A DNA stretch of 64,000 nt from Phyllobates terribilis (taxonomy: Eukaryota), in contig NW_027362762.1 of NCBI RefSeq assembly GCF_046119375.1, positions 358,112,001 through 358,176,000 of the forward strand. Reading direction: 5' to 3'. The translations under genes were made by a program, and so were the position numbers. The notes beneath the pieces were generated by a model, which made no database searches, was not told the DNA's origin, and was given only the letters and a program-made list of their open reading frames with translations. This document shows, one piece after another, positions 37,701 to 50,429 of the stretch (positions within the stretch are counted from its first letter, which is position 1; each line of letters begins with the position of its first letter).

Positions 37701-40700
37701 TAGGAGTACACAGCCTACTCTATACGTTACACTGTCGGTATATAGGAGTAGACAGCCTACTCTATACGTTACACTGTCGGTATATAGGAGTACACAGCCT
37801 ACTCTATACGTTACACTGTCGGTATATAGGAGTACACAGCCTACTCTATACGTTACACTGTGGGTATATATAGGAGTACACAGCCTACTCTATACGTTAC
37901 ACTGTGGGTATATAGGAGTACACAGCCTACTCTATACGTTACACTGTGGGTATATAGGAGTACACAGCCTACTCTATACGTTACACTGTGGGTATATAGG
38001 AGTGCACAGCCTACTCTATACGTTACACTGTCGGTATATAGGAGTACAGAGCCTACTCTATACGTTACACTGTGGGTATATAGGAGCACACAGCCTACTC
38101 TATACGTTACACTGTGGGTATATAGGAGTACACAGCCTACTCTATACGTTACACTGTCGGTATATAGGAGTACACAGCCTACTCTATACGTTACACTGTG
38201 GGTATATATAGGAGTACACAGCCTACTCTATACGTTACACTGTGGGTATATAGGAGTACACAGCCTACTCTATACGTTACACTGTCGGTATATAGGAGTA
38301 CACAGCCTACTCTATACGTTACACTGTGGGTATATATAGGAGTACACAGCCTACTCTATACGTTACACTGTCGGTATATAGGAGTACACAGCCTACTCTA
38401 TATTTTACACTGTAGGTATATAGAAGTACACAGCCTACTCTATACGTTACACTGTCGGTATATAGGAGTACAGAGCCTACTCCATACGTTACACTGTGGG
38501 TATATAGGAGCACAGAGCCTACTCTATACGTTACACTGTCGGTATATAGGAGTACAGAGCCTACTCTATACGTTACACTGTGGGTATATAGGAGTACACA
38601 GCCTACTCTATACGTTACACTGTCGGTATATAGGAGTACACAGCCTACTCTATACGTTACACTGTCGGTATATAGGAGTACACAGCCTACTCTATATGTT
38701 ACACTGTCGGTATACAGGAGTACACAGCCTACTCTATACGTTACACTGTCGGTATATAGGAGTACAGAGCCTACTCCATACGTTACACTGTGGGTATATA
38801 GGAGCACAGAGCCTACTCTATACGTTACACTGTCGGTATATAGGAGTACAGAGCCTACTCTATACGTTACACTGTGGGTATATAGGAGTACACAGCCTAC
38901 TCTATACGTTACACTGTCGGTATATAGGAGTACACAGCCTACTCTATACGTTACACTGTCGGTATATAGGAGTACACAGCCTACTCTATATGTTACACTG
39001 TCGGTATACAGGAGTACACAGCCTACTCTATACGTTACACTGTCGGTATATAGGAGTACAGAGCCTACTCTATACGTTACACTGTCGGTATATAGGAGTA
39101 CACAGCCTACTCTATACGTTACACTGTCGGTATACAGGAGTACACAGCCTACTCTATACGTTACACTGTCGGTATATAGGAGTACACAGCCTACTCTATA
39201 CGTTACACTCTCGGTATACAGGAGTACACAGCCTACTCTATACGTTACACTGTCGGTATACAGGAGTACACAGCCTACTCTATAAGTTACACTGTGGGTA
39301 TATAGGAGTACACAGCCTACTCTATACGTTACACTGTCGGTATATAGGAGTACACAGCCTACTCTATACGTTACACTGTAGGTATATAGAAGTACAGAGC
39401 CTACTCTATACGTTACACTGTCGGTATACAGGAGTACACAGCCTACTCTATACGTTACACTGTCGGTATATAGGAGCACACAGCCTACTCTATATGTTAC
39501 ACTGTGGGTATATAGGAGTACACAGCCTACTCTATACGTTACACTGTCGGTATATAGGAGTACACAGCCTACTCTATACGTTACACTGTCAGTATATAGA
39601 AGTACACAGCCTACTCTATATTTTACACTGTATGTATATAGAAGTACACAGCCTACTCTATACGTTACACTGTCGGTATATAGGAGTACACAGCCTACTC
39701 TATACGTTACACTGTCGGTATATAGGAGTACACAGCCTACTCTATACGTTACACTGTGGGTAGATAGGAGTACACAGCCTACTCTATACGTTACACTGTG
39801 GGTATATAGGAGTACACAGCCTACTCTATACGTTACACTGTGGGTATATATAGGAGTACACAGCCTACTCTATATGTTACACTGTGGGTATATAGGAGTA
39901 CACAGCCTACTCTATACGTTACACTGTCGGTATATAGGAGTACACAGCCTACTCTATACGTTACACTGTGGGTATATATAGGAGTACACAGCCTACTCTA
40001 TACGTTACACTGTGGGTATATAGGAGTACACAGCCTACTCTATACGTTACACTGTCGGTATATAGGAGTACACAGCCTACTCTATACGTTACACTGTCGG
40101 TATATAGGAGTAGACAGCCTACTCTATACGTTACACTGTCGGTATATAGGAGCACAGAGCCTACTCTATACGTTACACTGTCGGTATATAGGAGTAGACA
40201 GCCTACTCTATACGTTACACTGTCGGTATATAGGAGTACACAGCCTACTCTATACGTTACACTGTGGGTATATATAGGAGTACACAACCTACTCTATATG
40301 TTACACTGTGGGTATATAGGAGTACACAGCCTACTCTATACGTTACACTGTCGGTATATAGGAGCACAGAGCCTACTCTATACGTTACACTGTCGGTATA
40401 TAGGAGTAGACAGCCTACTCTATACGTTACACTGTCAGTATATAGGAGTACACAGCCTACTCTATACGTTACACTGTCGGTATATAGGAGTAGACAGCCT
40501 ACTCTATACGTTACACTGTCGGTATACAGGAGTACACAGCCTACTCTATACGTTACACTGTCGGTATATAGGAGTACACAGCCTACTCTATACGTTACAC
40601 TGTGGGTATATAGGAGTACACAGCCTACTCTATACGTTACACTGTGGGTATATAGGAGTACACAGCCTACTCTATACGTTACACTGTGGGTATATAGGAG

Positions 40701-43031
40701 TACACAGCCTACTCTATACGTTACACTGTCGGTATATAGGAGCACACAGCCTACTCTATACGTTACACTGTCGGTATATAGGAGCACACAGCCTACTCTA
40801 TACGTTACACTGTCTGTATATAGGAGTACACAGCCTACTCTATACGTTACACTGTCGGTATATAGGAGTAGACAGCCTACTCTATACGTTACACTGTCGG
40901 TATATAGGAGTAGACAGCCTACTCTATACGTTACACTGTCGGTATATAGGAGTAGACAGCCTACTCTATACGTTACACTGTCGGTATATAGGAGTAGACA
41001 GCCTACTCCATACGTTACACTGTCGGTATATAGGAGTAGACAGCCTACTCCATACGTTACACTGTGGGTATATAGGAGTACACAGCCTACTCTATACGTT
41101 ACACTGTGGGTATATAGGAGTACACAGCCTACTCTATACGTTACACTGTCGGTATATAGGAGTAGACAGCCTACTCTATACGTTACACTGTCGGTATATA
41201 GGAGTACACAGCCTACTCTATACGTTACACTGTGGGTATATAGGAGTACACAGCCTACTCTATACGTTACACTGTGGGTATATATAGGAGTACACAGCCT
41301 ACTCTATACGTTACACTGTGGGTATATATAGGAGTACACAGCCTACTCTATACGTTACACTGTCGGTATATAGGAGTACACAGCCTACTCTATACGTTAC
41401 ACTGTCGGTATATAGGAGTAGACAGCCTACTCTATACGTTACACTGTCGGTATATAGGAGCACAGAGCCTACTCTATACGTTACACTGTCGGTATATAGG
41501 AGTAGACAGCCTACTCTATACGTTACACTGTCGGTATATAGGAGTACACAGCCTACTCTATACGTTACACTGTGGGTATATATAGGAGTACACAACCTAC
41601 TCTATATGTTACACTGTGGGTATATAGGAGTACACAGCCTACTCTATACGTTACACTGTCGGTATATAGGAGCACAGAGCCTACTCTATACGTTACACTG
41701 TCGGTATATAGGAGTAGACAGCCTACTCTATACGTTACACTGTCAGTATATAGGAGTACACAGCCTACTCTATACGTTACACTGTCGGTATATAGGAGTA
41801 GACAGCCTACTCTATACGTTACACTGTCGGTATACAGGAGTACACAGCCTACTCTATACGTTACACTGTCGGTATATAGGAGTACACAGCCTACTCTATA
41901 CGTTACACTGTGGGTATATAGGAGTACACAGCCTACTCTATACGTTACACTGTGGGTATATAGGAGTACACAGCCTACTCTATACGTTACACTGTGGGTA
42001 TATAGGAGTACACAGCCTACTCTATACGTTACACTGTGGGTATATAGGAGTACACAGCCTACTCTATACGTTACACTGTCGGTATATAGGAGCACACAGC
42101 CTACTCTATACGTTACACTGTCGGTATATAGGAGCACACAGCCTACTCTATACGTTACACTGTCTGTATATAGGAGTACACAGCCTACTCTATACGTTAC
42201 ACTGTCGGTATATAGGAGTAGACAGCCTACTCTATACGTTACACTGTCGGTATATAGGAGTAGACAGCCTACTCTATACGTTACACTGTCGGTATATAGG
42301 AGTAGACAGCCTACTCTATACGTTACACTGTCGGTATATAGGAGTAGACAGCCTACTCCATACGTTACACTGTCGGTATATAGGAGTAGACAGCCTACTC
42401 CATACGTTACACTGTGGGTATATAGGAGTACACAGCCTACTCTATACGTTACACTGTGGGTATATAGGAGTACACAGCCTACTCTATACGTTACACTGTC
42501 GGTATATAGGAGTAGACAGCCTACTCTATACGTTACACTGTCGGTATATAGGAGTACACAGCCTACTCTATACGTTACACTGTGGGTATATAGGAGTACA
42601 CAGCCTACTCTATACGTTACACTGTGGGTATATATAGGAGTACACAGCCTACTCTATACGTTACACTGTGGGTATATATAGGAGTACACAGCCTACTCTA
42701 TACGTTACACTGTGGGTATATAGGAGTACACAGCCTACTCTATACGTTACACTGTCGGTATATAGGAGTACACAGCCTACTCTATACGTTACACTGTCGG
42801 TATATAGGAGTACACAGCCTACTCTATACGTTACACTGTGGGTATATAGGAGTACACAGCCTACTCTATACGTTACACTGTGGGTATATATAGGAGTACA
42901 CAGCCTACTCTATACGTTACACTGTGGGTATATATAGGAGTACACAGCCTACTCTATACGTTACACTGTCGGTATATAGGAGTAGACAGCCTACTCTATA
43001 CGTTACACTGTCGGTATATAGGAGTACAGAG
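28770..43031 (+). repeat. 42-bp tandem satellite, consensus GGAGTACACAGCCTACTCTATACGTTACACTGT(C/G)GGTATATA, ~320 copies, ~14 kb
   Basis: Directly visible. Occasional 44-bp units (extra TA); divergent left edge and homogeneous right part. Confidence 0.99.
29614..30451. mobile_element. Solo LTR (838 bp) inserted in the satellite
   Basis: TGTAA...TTACA termini and a 4-bp TSD GTAT (29610-13, 30452-55). Confidence 0.88.
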
Positions 43032-43039
43032 TGTTGTAT

Positions 43040-43330
43040 ACGTTGGCAGTCGGCGCTCCCGTCCTCCAGTGCTGCCCTGCAGGGTGTCGCCGCCGATGAT
43101 GACATTACCTAGGCTCCGCACATAGTATCAGTCTGCAGCAGTCTATGAGCTGTGGAATCTATCACTGGGGAAGGAATAGAGAGCTGCACCGGAAGTGGAA
43201 GTGTCTGCGGCGCTGCGCGGCGGGCATGTGTGGAGCAGCAGGTACGTCTGTGCAGACATGGAGGGCTGTAGGTAGCACGCAGTGGTCATGGCGGCTGCCC
43301 GGTGACCTGTGCCCGGCCCGTGGGGTCTGT
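43040..43330. promoter_or_regulatory. CpG-rich putative bidirectional promoter of TXNL4B (-) and TRMT10C (+) with non-coding first exons
   Basis: Tandem ETS/GABP motif CCGGAAGTGGAAGTG at 43189-43203. Plus-strand donor CAG|GTACGT at 43242; minus-strand donor TAG|GTAATG at 43108. Matching acceptors at 44949 (+) and ~23460 (-). Confidence 0.65.
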
Positions 43331-44972
43331 CAGTGCTGGCTAGAAGTGACCTCTGCAGGAGCTGCCGGTGACCTTCCTAATGCCCACTAAGGCATCTGCT
43401 AGGCACAGCCACATCGTGCCCCTAGTGTCAGCAAGTAACCCCTTCCCTCTCGGGCAATTGGTTGTTTTTCACTTCCCATGTTCCTTCCATTCTTCTTAGA
43501 GGCCTCACTGTTTTGTGGATACAGCCATATGGGGGCTTGTTTTTTGAGGACAAGTTGTAGTTTTGAATAACACCATTGTCCCATCAATTGGCTCAAAAGA
43601 CGGGAAAAGTTGGGTGAAATAGTGAGAAAAGCCCTTCATTGCTGTTTGGTGTTTTGTTACGCTGTTCATTGTTCAGTAAGAAAAGAGCGGGAAATGGTCG
43701 GTGTGATTATGGCAATGCCTTGGGCTACTGATGAGTTGTTTGTGACCCGTCCTGCACAAAGTGCTGGCTCTTTTCTGTGAATGATGGGAGCCGGCAACCC
43801 CCTTCCAAGTATAGGTGCTCGGTGCACCATGGTGTGGTCAAACATTTAAAGGGATCCTGTCATGTAAAATAACGCTATTAACCTGCAGGTATGGGATTAA
43901 TCTGCAGGTTAATAGTGTTCTGATACCACGCGACTACCGCACTGTGAACCTCGCTATCGGGAGAAAATGAACTTTATTCCCCCCGGCAGCCTCGCTCTTT
44001 CAGCCACAGTGGTGGCTGTCAGTCTTTTTTAATTATGACCCTTCGTCAATTAGGGCCATGTCTATAATGTAATGTATTAATGATGGATGTTTAACAATAA
44101 GATATGCCTAATTCATTAAGAGGCACACGCCATTTGGCGAATTAGGCACATTTTATCACTGGCTTAATCCTTGCCGGATCTGTTACTCCAGTCATGGACA
44201 CCACAATTTTTAATGACTTTGCCATGCTCCATAATGCCCCAGATCCAACTATTTTGGCAGACCTGGCCAAAACTGTCAATGAAAACACCAAAGCTTGCAA
44301 ATTTTTTGCACATCCTCCTAAACACCTTGATAGACCGGAGCCGATATTGCTGACCTCATAATTATGTTGACAGAAAATAAAAATGTCTAACTCTTAAAAA
44401 AAAAAAAAAAAAAATGCAGTGATGAAAAAATAGAAGCTTTTGCAAAATCACTCCCCAAAAAAGTGCATTTTAAATTTATCTATAGATTTTATTGTAACAT
44501 CTAGCTGCTGCATTTTTAGCCTCGAAAATTGGAAATGATCAATAGGAAAATCTCAGCTTTTTTTTTTTGCACAACACCATGATTATAGTATTTTGAGTAC
44601 AGGATGCGTGATTTTAGCTAGATGAGACTTGTGCGGCAGCAGAATCATGCAATAAAATCTGTATTTAGCAGTATTCATATTTGCAGACCCCAAAAAAGGA
44701 AGCTACACACTATAAAAGTACATTATTCTGCACCTAGTCACATGCAAATACCACAAGAATGTAGCATAAATGTGCATTGGCGCATAATGGATCTATGGTC
44801 GGAGGTCATTGGGATTGGCCATCTGTATACAGGCCTCCTTGCTCTCACTGATGAAGGCACATGCTGGAACCTATTTTATTACTATATTAGTTTAAACTTG
44901 CATTTTATTTTATGCAGTATTTTAAAATAATCTTTCTGTTTTCTTTCAGTCTAATTTTCACAAAGCCTGGAC

Positions 44973-46232
44973 ATGGGGTTCATGAACGCATTCCTACGAA
45001 CCTTTAGGTGTTCTACAGTCCACGTTATAATTAAGGAAGGTATAAATAGACAGCACCCCTTAAGAATCTCTCACCAGCTCATGCAATGCAGAATGTTGAC
45101 ACTGACCCACTGCACAAGGAACCAAGAGAAGCCCAGTGTTTCCGAAAAGTTAGATCTGGACACGTGGAAAAATATTTTAAAAAGTGCTGCACAAAAGACT
45201 GAAAGTGAAGAAAGTGAGCCAGAAATTGAAGAAGAGTCCACCATTGAAAGTATGCAGAAGCTTGTTGACATGTGGAGACTGGCAGGAAAAGCCATACCAG
45301 ACTCCATTGGCACAGAGGAGCTACAGGCTCTTCTGGAGCTTCCCACAAAGTCATCCAGAAAAAAATACCTGAAACAACTCCACTTTAAAGAGCTAAACAA
45401 GAAAAACAAGCAAAAAAAGAAATTAGAAAAAGAGCAGTCAAAGAGTGGTGTTGAGATTAACACTGAGAAGCCAAGTACCTACTTGCTAAAGTTCAGGAAT
45501 AGGTCAGAGGATTGCTTTGAAGCATGGCGTTGTGCCCAAGCTATGATATTTGGGCAACCACTAATATTTGATATGGCTTATGAACGTTACATGTCTCAGA
45601 GGGAAATGGAGAACACGGTGAGTCAAATTCAGATGTGTGACGGCTTCAACAAAAGCTCCAAGGAACCCTTTCATCTTCATTTCTGTAACCTACAACCCAA
45701 TGGTCCATACCATAAAGAGTTGGTGAAACGTTATGACGGTGCCTTTGATAACCTTTTGATAACTACCACTGAAAAATCTCACGTCGACATCTTCCCCAAG
45801 GATCGACTGGTTTACCTCACGGCTGACTCTCCAAATGTGCTCAAGACATTTGAGCACGATAAAATTTATATCATTGGGGCTTTTGTTGACAAAAGTCAAA
45901 AGACTGGAGTGTCTTTAGGAAATGCTAAGCGGCTACAGTTAGCCACAGCACGGCTACCAATAGATAGCTTCCTGAAGTGGACCCGTGGAGGCAAAAATCT
46001 CACTCTTAACAATGTGATTGAAATCCTGATGACTGTTAAGGACACTGGAGACTGGAAGACAGCAATGTCCTCTGTTCCAACCAGAAAACATGATGGATTA
46101 AGGGAAAGTCGTAAATCTGAGCAAATCTTGTCAAAAAATGCTAAAACATACGAGTTACTGAAACAGAAAGCCTCAAAGGCTCAAAAAGAGACCCAAAATG
46201 GGCCTAAAAACTGGTGGCAAGAGAGTGATTAA
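44973..46232 (+). CDS. TRMT10C: tRNA methyltransferase 10C / mitochondrial RNase P protein 1 (419 aa, single coding exon)
   Basis: Basic N-terminal presequence, AQAMIFGQPLIFDMAYE, PFHLHFCNL, LVYLTADSPNVL, IYIIGAFVDK, LATARLPID, LTL motifs of the SPOUT Trm10 domain; acceptor TTTCTTTCAG at 44949. Confidence 0.97.
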   Translation: MGFMNAFLRTFRCSTVHVIIKEGINRQHPLRISHQLMQCRMLTLTHCTRNQEKPSVSEKLDLDTWKNILKSAAQKTESEESEPEIEEESTIESMQKLVDMWRLAGKAIPDSIGTEELQALLELPTKSSRKKYLKQLHFKELNKKNKQKKKLEKEQSKSGVEINTEKPSTYLLKFRNRSEDCFEAWRCAQAMIFGQPLIFDMAYERYMSQREMENTVSQIQMCDGFNKSSKEPFHLHFCNLQPNGPYHKELVKRYDGAFDNLLITTTEKSHVDIFPKDRLVYLTADSPNVLKTFEHDKIYIIGAFVDKSQKTGVSLGNAKRLQLATARLPIDSFLKWTRGGKNLTLNNVIEILMTVKDTGDWKTAMSSVPTRKHDGLRESRKSEQILSKNAKTYELLKQKASKAQKETQNGPKNWWQESD

Positions 46233-46763
46233 AGCAATATATAATCAAAAACAGTAAATCATACATTTTTCACTTTTGTTACTTTTGTTCATTTACTTTG
46301 TTGTGTAAGTGCACACATGGTGACATAAAACATAGGGCTAGGCTTCATAGCAGCATAATAACCTTAGAATAGTCTCTATGTTGCTATGCCTAACATTTTC
46401 TCTTCTGGTATGATGTCTAATAGAGTGCTCCTATCAACCATGCAGCAAGGCAGTGTAAATAAATATAGCCATAGGCCCCACTTTATCATGACCAGTGTCC
46501 AACCTGTGTCGTGTGCCTCGCAACAAATCTTACTCCAGTTGGGGACTGGAGTAAGACTTTTAGCAAAAGGTATGCTACAGCGTTTCCCATTCTGCTCCAT
46601 CTTCACCTATTTTGGTAGAGCTGGATGAAATTCACATTGCACAAAAGTTTTGCGACATTTCAAAGCAACTTACGCCAGAATTTTGGCATAATCGCTTTTA
46701 TAAATCAGGGTCTAAGTGTCTGATTTTAGAATTCTTACTGAGAAACTGATGGGTCCACGTGAC

Positions 46764-47004
46764 CAGGGCTGTGGAGTCGATATAAAATGGGCCGACTCCT
46801 AAAATATAGAATAAATTGGGTACAGTAGTACAATGCAGAATGTGCTGTAAATTTTTTCATAAGAATTTGGGAAAGTTATGAAATGTCCTATAAATGTCTG
46901 TTCTGTTCCTGATCTAAGGAATCTGTGCTACACTTTATGTACATGCTTAGTAGTGGGGCAGAGCTGTGGAGTCGGAGGTTTGGCTTACTAACTCCACAGC
47001 CCTA
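46764..47004. mobile_element. hAT MITE (CAGGGCTGTGGAGTC family)
   Basis: 8-bp TSD CACGTGAC/CACATGAC (1 mismatch). Confidence 0.8.
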
Positions 47005-47569
47005 CACATGACAGAGACTTTTACTCCTGGATTTTGTTGAGAATCCCACAGCAAATTCTGTATGTTCTACATGTGGATTTTGTTGTGGGGGTCACTGCAG
47101 GTTTCACCCATTCGACATTAAAGGGGTATTCACATCTCATACATGTGTGGCATTTCCACAGGATATGACCTAAATTGTTAATAGATGTGGGTCTCACCTA
47201 CGGAACCCACCTCTATCTAGATAATAGAGTTTGCCGCATGCTGATTTCAATGAAGGTGTCAGATTTCCCATACAAATTAATTGAAATTCCTCAGGCTCAT
47301 TTTAAAGCCAAAGCAGTTAATTAGGGAAGATGAGGGCAGATATGGATGTAAAAAAAATGCTCCAATGTCGTTGTTTCTGTGATCAATGCTGGTCCTGCAG
47401 TATTGATGTCTCGTGTATGGGGGAGTCAAGAGAGACATGGCTGTCAGCTGAATGATAGTTTGGCAGCGACGCTATGCACGGCTCACATGGAGAGATCAGT
47501 GAGGGCAGACAGGACGCAGCGCTGGAGGAGAGACAAGAGAGGTGAGTAGGAGTGTTTATTTTTGGATGA

Positions 47570-47860
47570 GGGGGCCATGCATACCAGGATAGGGATGAGG
47601 GATGCCATGCGTACCAGGATAGGGATGAGGGGTGCCATGCGTACCAGGGTAGGGATGAGGGGTGCCATGCGTACCAGGGTAGGGATGAGGGGTGCCATGC
47701 GTACCAGGGTAAGGATGAGGGGTGCCATGCGTACCAGGGTAAGGATGAGGGGTGCCATGCATACCAGGATAGGGATGAGGGGTGCCATGCATACCAGGAT
47801 AGGGATGAGGGGTGCCATGCATATCAGGATGGAGGGGTGCCATGCATGCCAGGATGGAGG
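47570..47860 (+). repeat. 30-bp G-rich minisatellite (GGGTGCCATGCGTACCAGGATAGGGATGAG) inside a Tc1/pogo-type MITE ending at ~48077
   Basis: About 9 tandem copies; downstream TIR-like end CTTATAGTCTGAAAAATACGG-TA. Confidence 0.88.
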
Positions 47861-50090
47861 CCAAGTATAATAGGAAGGGGGGGCATATCTACCAGGATGG
47901 GGGATATTATCAGAATTGGGAGACATTACCCCTATACCAGTGTCAACAGCAGACTCGCTCCCCCTTAAATGTGCATCGTGACCACATTTTTTGCTTACAT
48001 TTTTTTTTTCTATTTTCCTCTTCTAAAACCTAAGTGCGTCTTATGGTTCGGTGCATCTTATAGTCTGAAAAATACGGTAACTTACCTCTCACTGCTCCAG
48101 CTTTGACATTGATTGCTGCAGCCATTGGTTTCATGGCATTTACATGATCATGACCCTTGCTCCTCATGATATCACTGCTGCAGCCACATCAACAAAGACT
48201 CGGGGCAGTAGTAGAGAGACATCAATGGGGCTGCAGTAAAGCTGATGCTAATGAAGAACAAGATATGGTGTTTCTTGATAAGGGTTGGGCCTGTTGAAAT
48301 CTCTTACTCATCTCCTGCCAAGATATTAGAAGATTGGAAGATATTAAACACATTAAATCCTGGATTGGGACAATGTAAATCTACTGTATATGGCCATCTT
48401 GATGAGATTTGTATCTTTGAAAAAGTAACCTTCAAAAGGCCTTTGCGGGCAATTTTTTTATGCATTTATTTTGAGCTAAAAATAATTTTTTCTATTAGGT
48501 TTGATTAGATATTTTGCACTGTTCGGCTTTTAACCCCTTAATAACATCTGATGTACTAATACGCGTCTGTGCCCTGGGACTTAAGAGCCAGACCCGTATT
48601 AGTACGTCATCGCGATCGCGCGCGCACACAGGCTGTGCGGGCGCGATCGCCGCCGGGTGTCAGCTGATTGTCACAGCTGACACCCGGTACTATGTGCAGG
48701 GAGCGGTCCTGCACCGTTCCCAGCACATTAACCCCCGCGATGCTGCGATCGAAGTCGATCGCGGCATTACGGGGGCAAGGGGAGGTGATCGCCGATACTC
48801 ACCTCCTCTTCCGGCTTCCAGCGCAGTCTGCAAAGGCTTCCCGGGTGTTGCCATGACGACCCGATGTCGTCATGACAACATCCGGGTCACCAGAGAGCAG
48901 GAAGATTGCTTGGACATGCGCAGTGCATCTCCAAGCAATCTTCACACTGTGCACTTCTGACAGCCTTCATGGCATAGGGATGGTGCTCCATTCCTGTGCC
49001 ATGCAGGCGATCAGAAAAAAAAAAGTGAAAGTCCCAGACTGGGACAAAGTAATAAAGTGTATAAACTGTGTGAAAGTGGGAAAAAAAAAAAAAGTGCAAA
49101 AATATTATAAAAAAAATAATACACCAAAAATAAAAATATAATGTACCCATCAATAAATATTATTATAAAAAAAATAAAAAAAAACCAATAAAAGTACACA
49201 TATTTGGTATTGCCACGTCCGGAACAACCTGACCTATAAAACTGTCCCACTAGTTAACCCCTTCAGTGAACACGGTAAAAAAAAAAAAAAAAAAAAACGA
49301 AGCAAAAACAATGCTTTATCACCATACCGCCAAACAAAAAGTGGAATAACACGCGATCAAAAAGACGCATATAAATAAAAATGATACCGCTGAAAACGTC
49401 ATCTCGTCCCGCAAAAAACAAGCCGCCATACAGCTCCATCAGCCGAAAAATAAAAAAGTTATAGCTCTCAGAATAAAGCGATACTAAAAAATATTTTTTT
49501 CTATAAAATAGCTTTTATTGTGTATAAGCGCCAAAACATAGAAAAATGATACAAATGTGGTACCGCTGTAAACGTACTGACCCGAAGAATAAAGCTACCT
49601 GATCAATTTTACCACACGCGGAACAGAATAAAAAAAAACAATTCCTGAATTGTTGGTTTTTGTTTATTCTGCCTCCCAAAAATCGGAATAGAAAGCGATC
49701 AAAAAATGTCACGTGCCTGAAAATGGCACCAATAACAACGTCAAGTCATCCCGCAAAAAACGAGCCGTCACATGACTGACTGCCAAAATTTGGAAAAATT
49801 ATAGCTCTCAAAATATGGCGATGCAAAAACTAGATTTTACAAAAAATGCGTCTTTTAGTGTGTGACAGCTGTCAGTCATAAAAACCCCATATGATTCTGG
49901 CATTGCTGTAATCACACCGACCCGAAGAATAAAGTCGTCTAATCACTTATACCGCACAGGGAACGGCGTCAAAAATAAACTCTTGGGTTAGGATTGGGCT
50001 AGGGTTGTGCTGGGGCTAGGGTTGTGCTAGGGTTAGGGCTGGGGTTGGGATTTTTTTCAAAAGTAAGAAAAAAAGATGACGATATGGCGA

Positions 50091-50385
50091 CTAGTGTTGA
50101 GAGCAAGTGCTCGCTACTTGAGTTTGCATCGGGTGCTCTGGTATGCATTGAGTATCGTGGGTATTTGAGTGACATGCTCGAGTCTCTGCCCCATATGTTT
50201 CGCGGCCAAAAAACTTTACGGGGATTGCCTGCCATGCACGAGCGATCCCCGCATGTTTTTTTTTGGGTGTCTAATAACCGTGAAACATGCGGAGCAGGGA
50301 CTCGAGCATGTCACTCGAGCAAACGCTGTACATGGTGCATACCTGAGTACCCGATGCAAACTCAAGTAGCGAGCACTTGCGCTCA
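50091..50385. mobile_element. hAT-type MITE (TAGTGTTGAG family) nested in the piggyBac-like element
   Basis: TAGTGTTGAGAGCAAGTGCTCGCTACTTGAG ... CTCAAGTAGCGAGCACTTGCGCTCAA inverted ends; same family as 14663-14962. Confidence 0.75.
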
Positions 50386-50429
50386 AGAATAATGACAACT
50401 TATTCAATATGATGACCTAATGTAAACAA

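Noticed and set aside
28770-43031. CRISPR-like regular repeat
   Set aside because: No unique spacers, no cas genes, eukaryotic context; it is a tandem satellite
28742-43125. Dozens of long ORFs (YTLHCRYIGVHSLL, YRSTQPTLYVTLSV, LLYTDSVTYRVGCV repeats) up to 677 aa
   Set aside because: These are by-products of a 42-bp (14-codon) unit lacking stops in some frames. Frames switch at each 44-bp unit, so there is no sign of coding constraint.
47483-47926. Repeat-peptide ORFs (MHGTPHPYPG, MRGAMRTRVG)
   Set aside because: Artefacts of the 30-bp minisatellite
49984-50050. True telomere or chromosome-fusion site
   Set aside because: Short, degenerate and internal to a transposon; no head-to-head TTAGGG/CCCTAA junction
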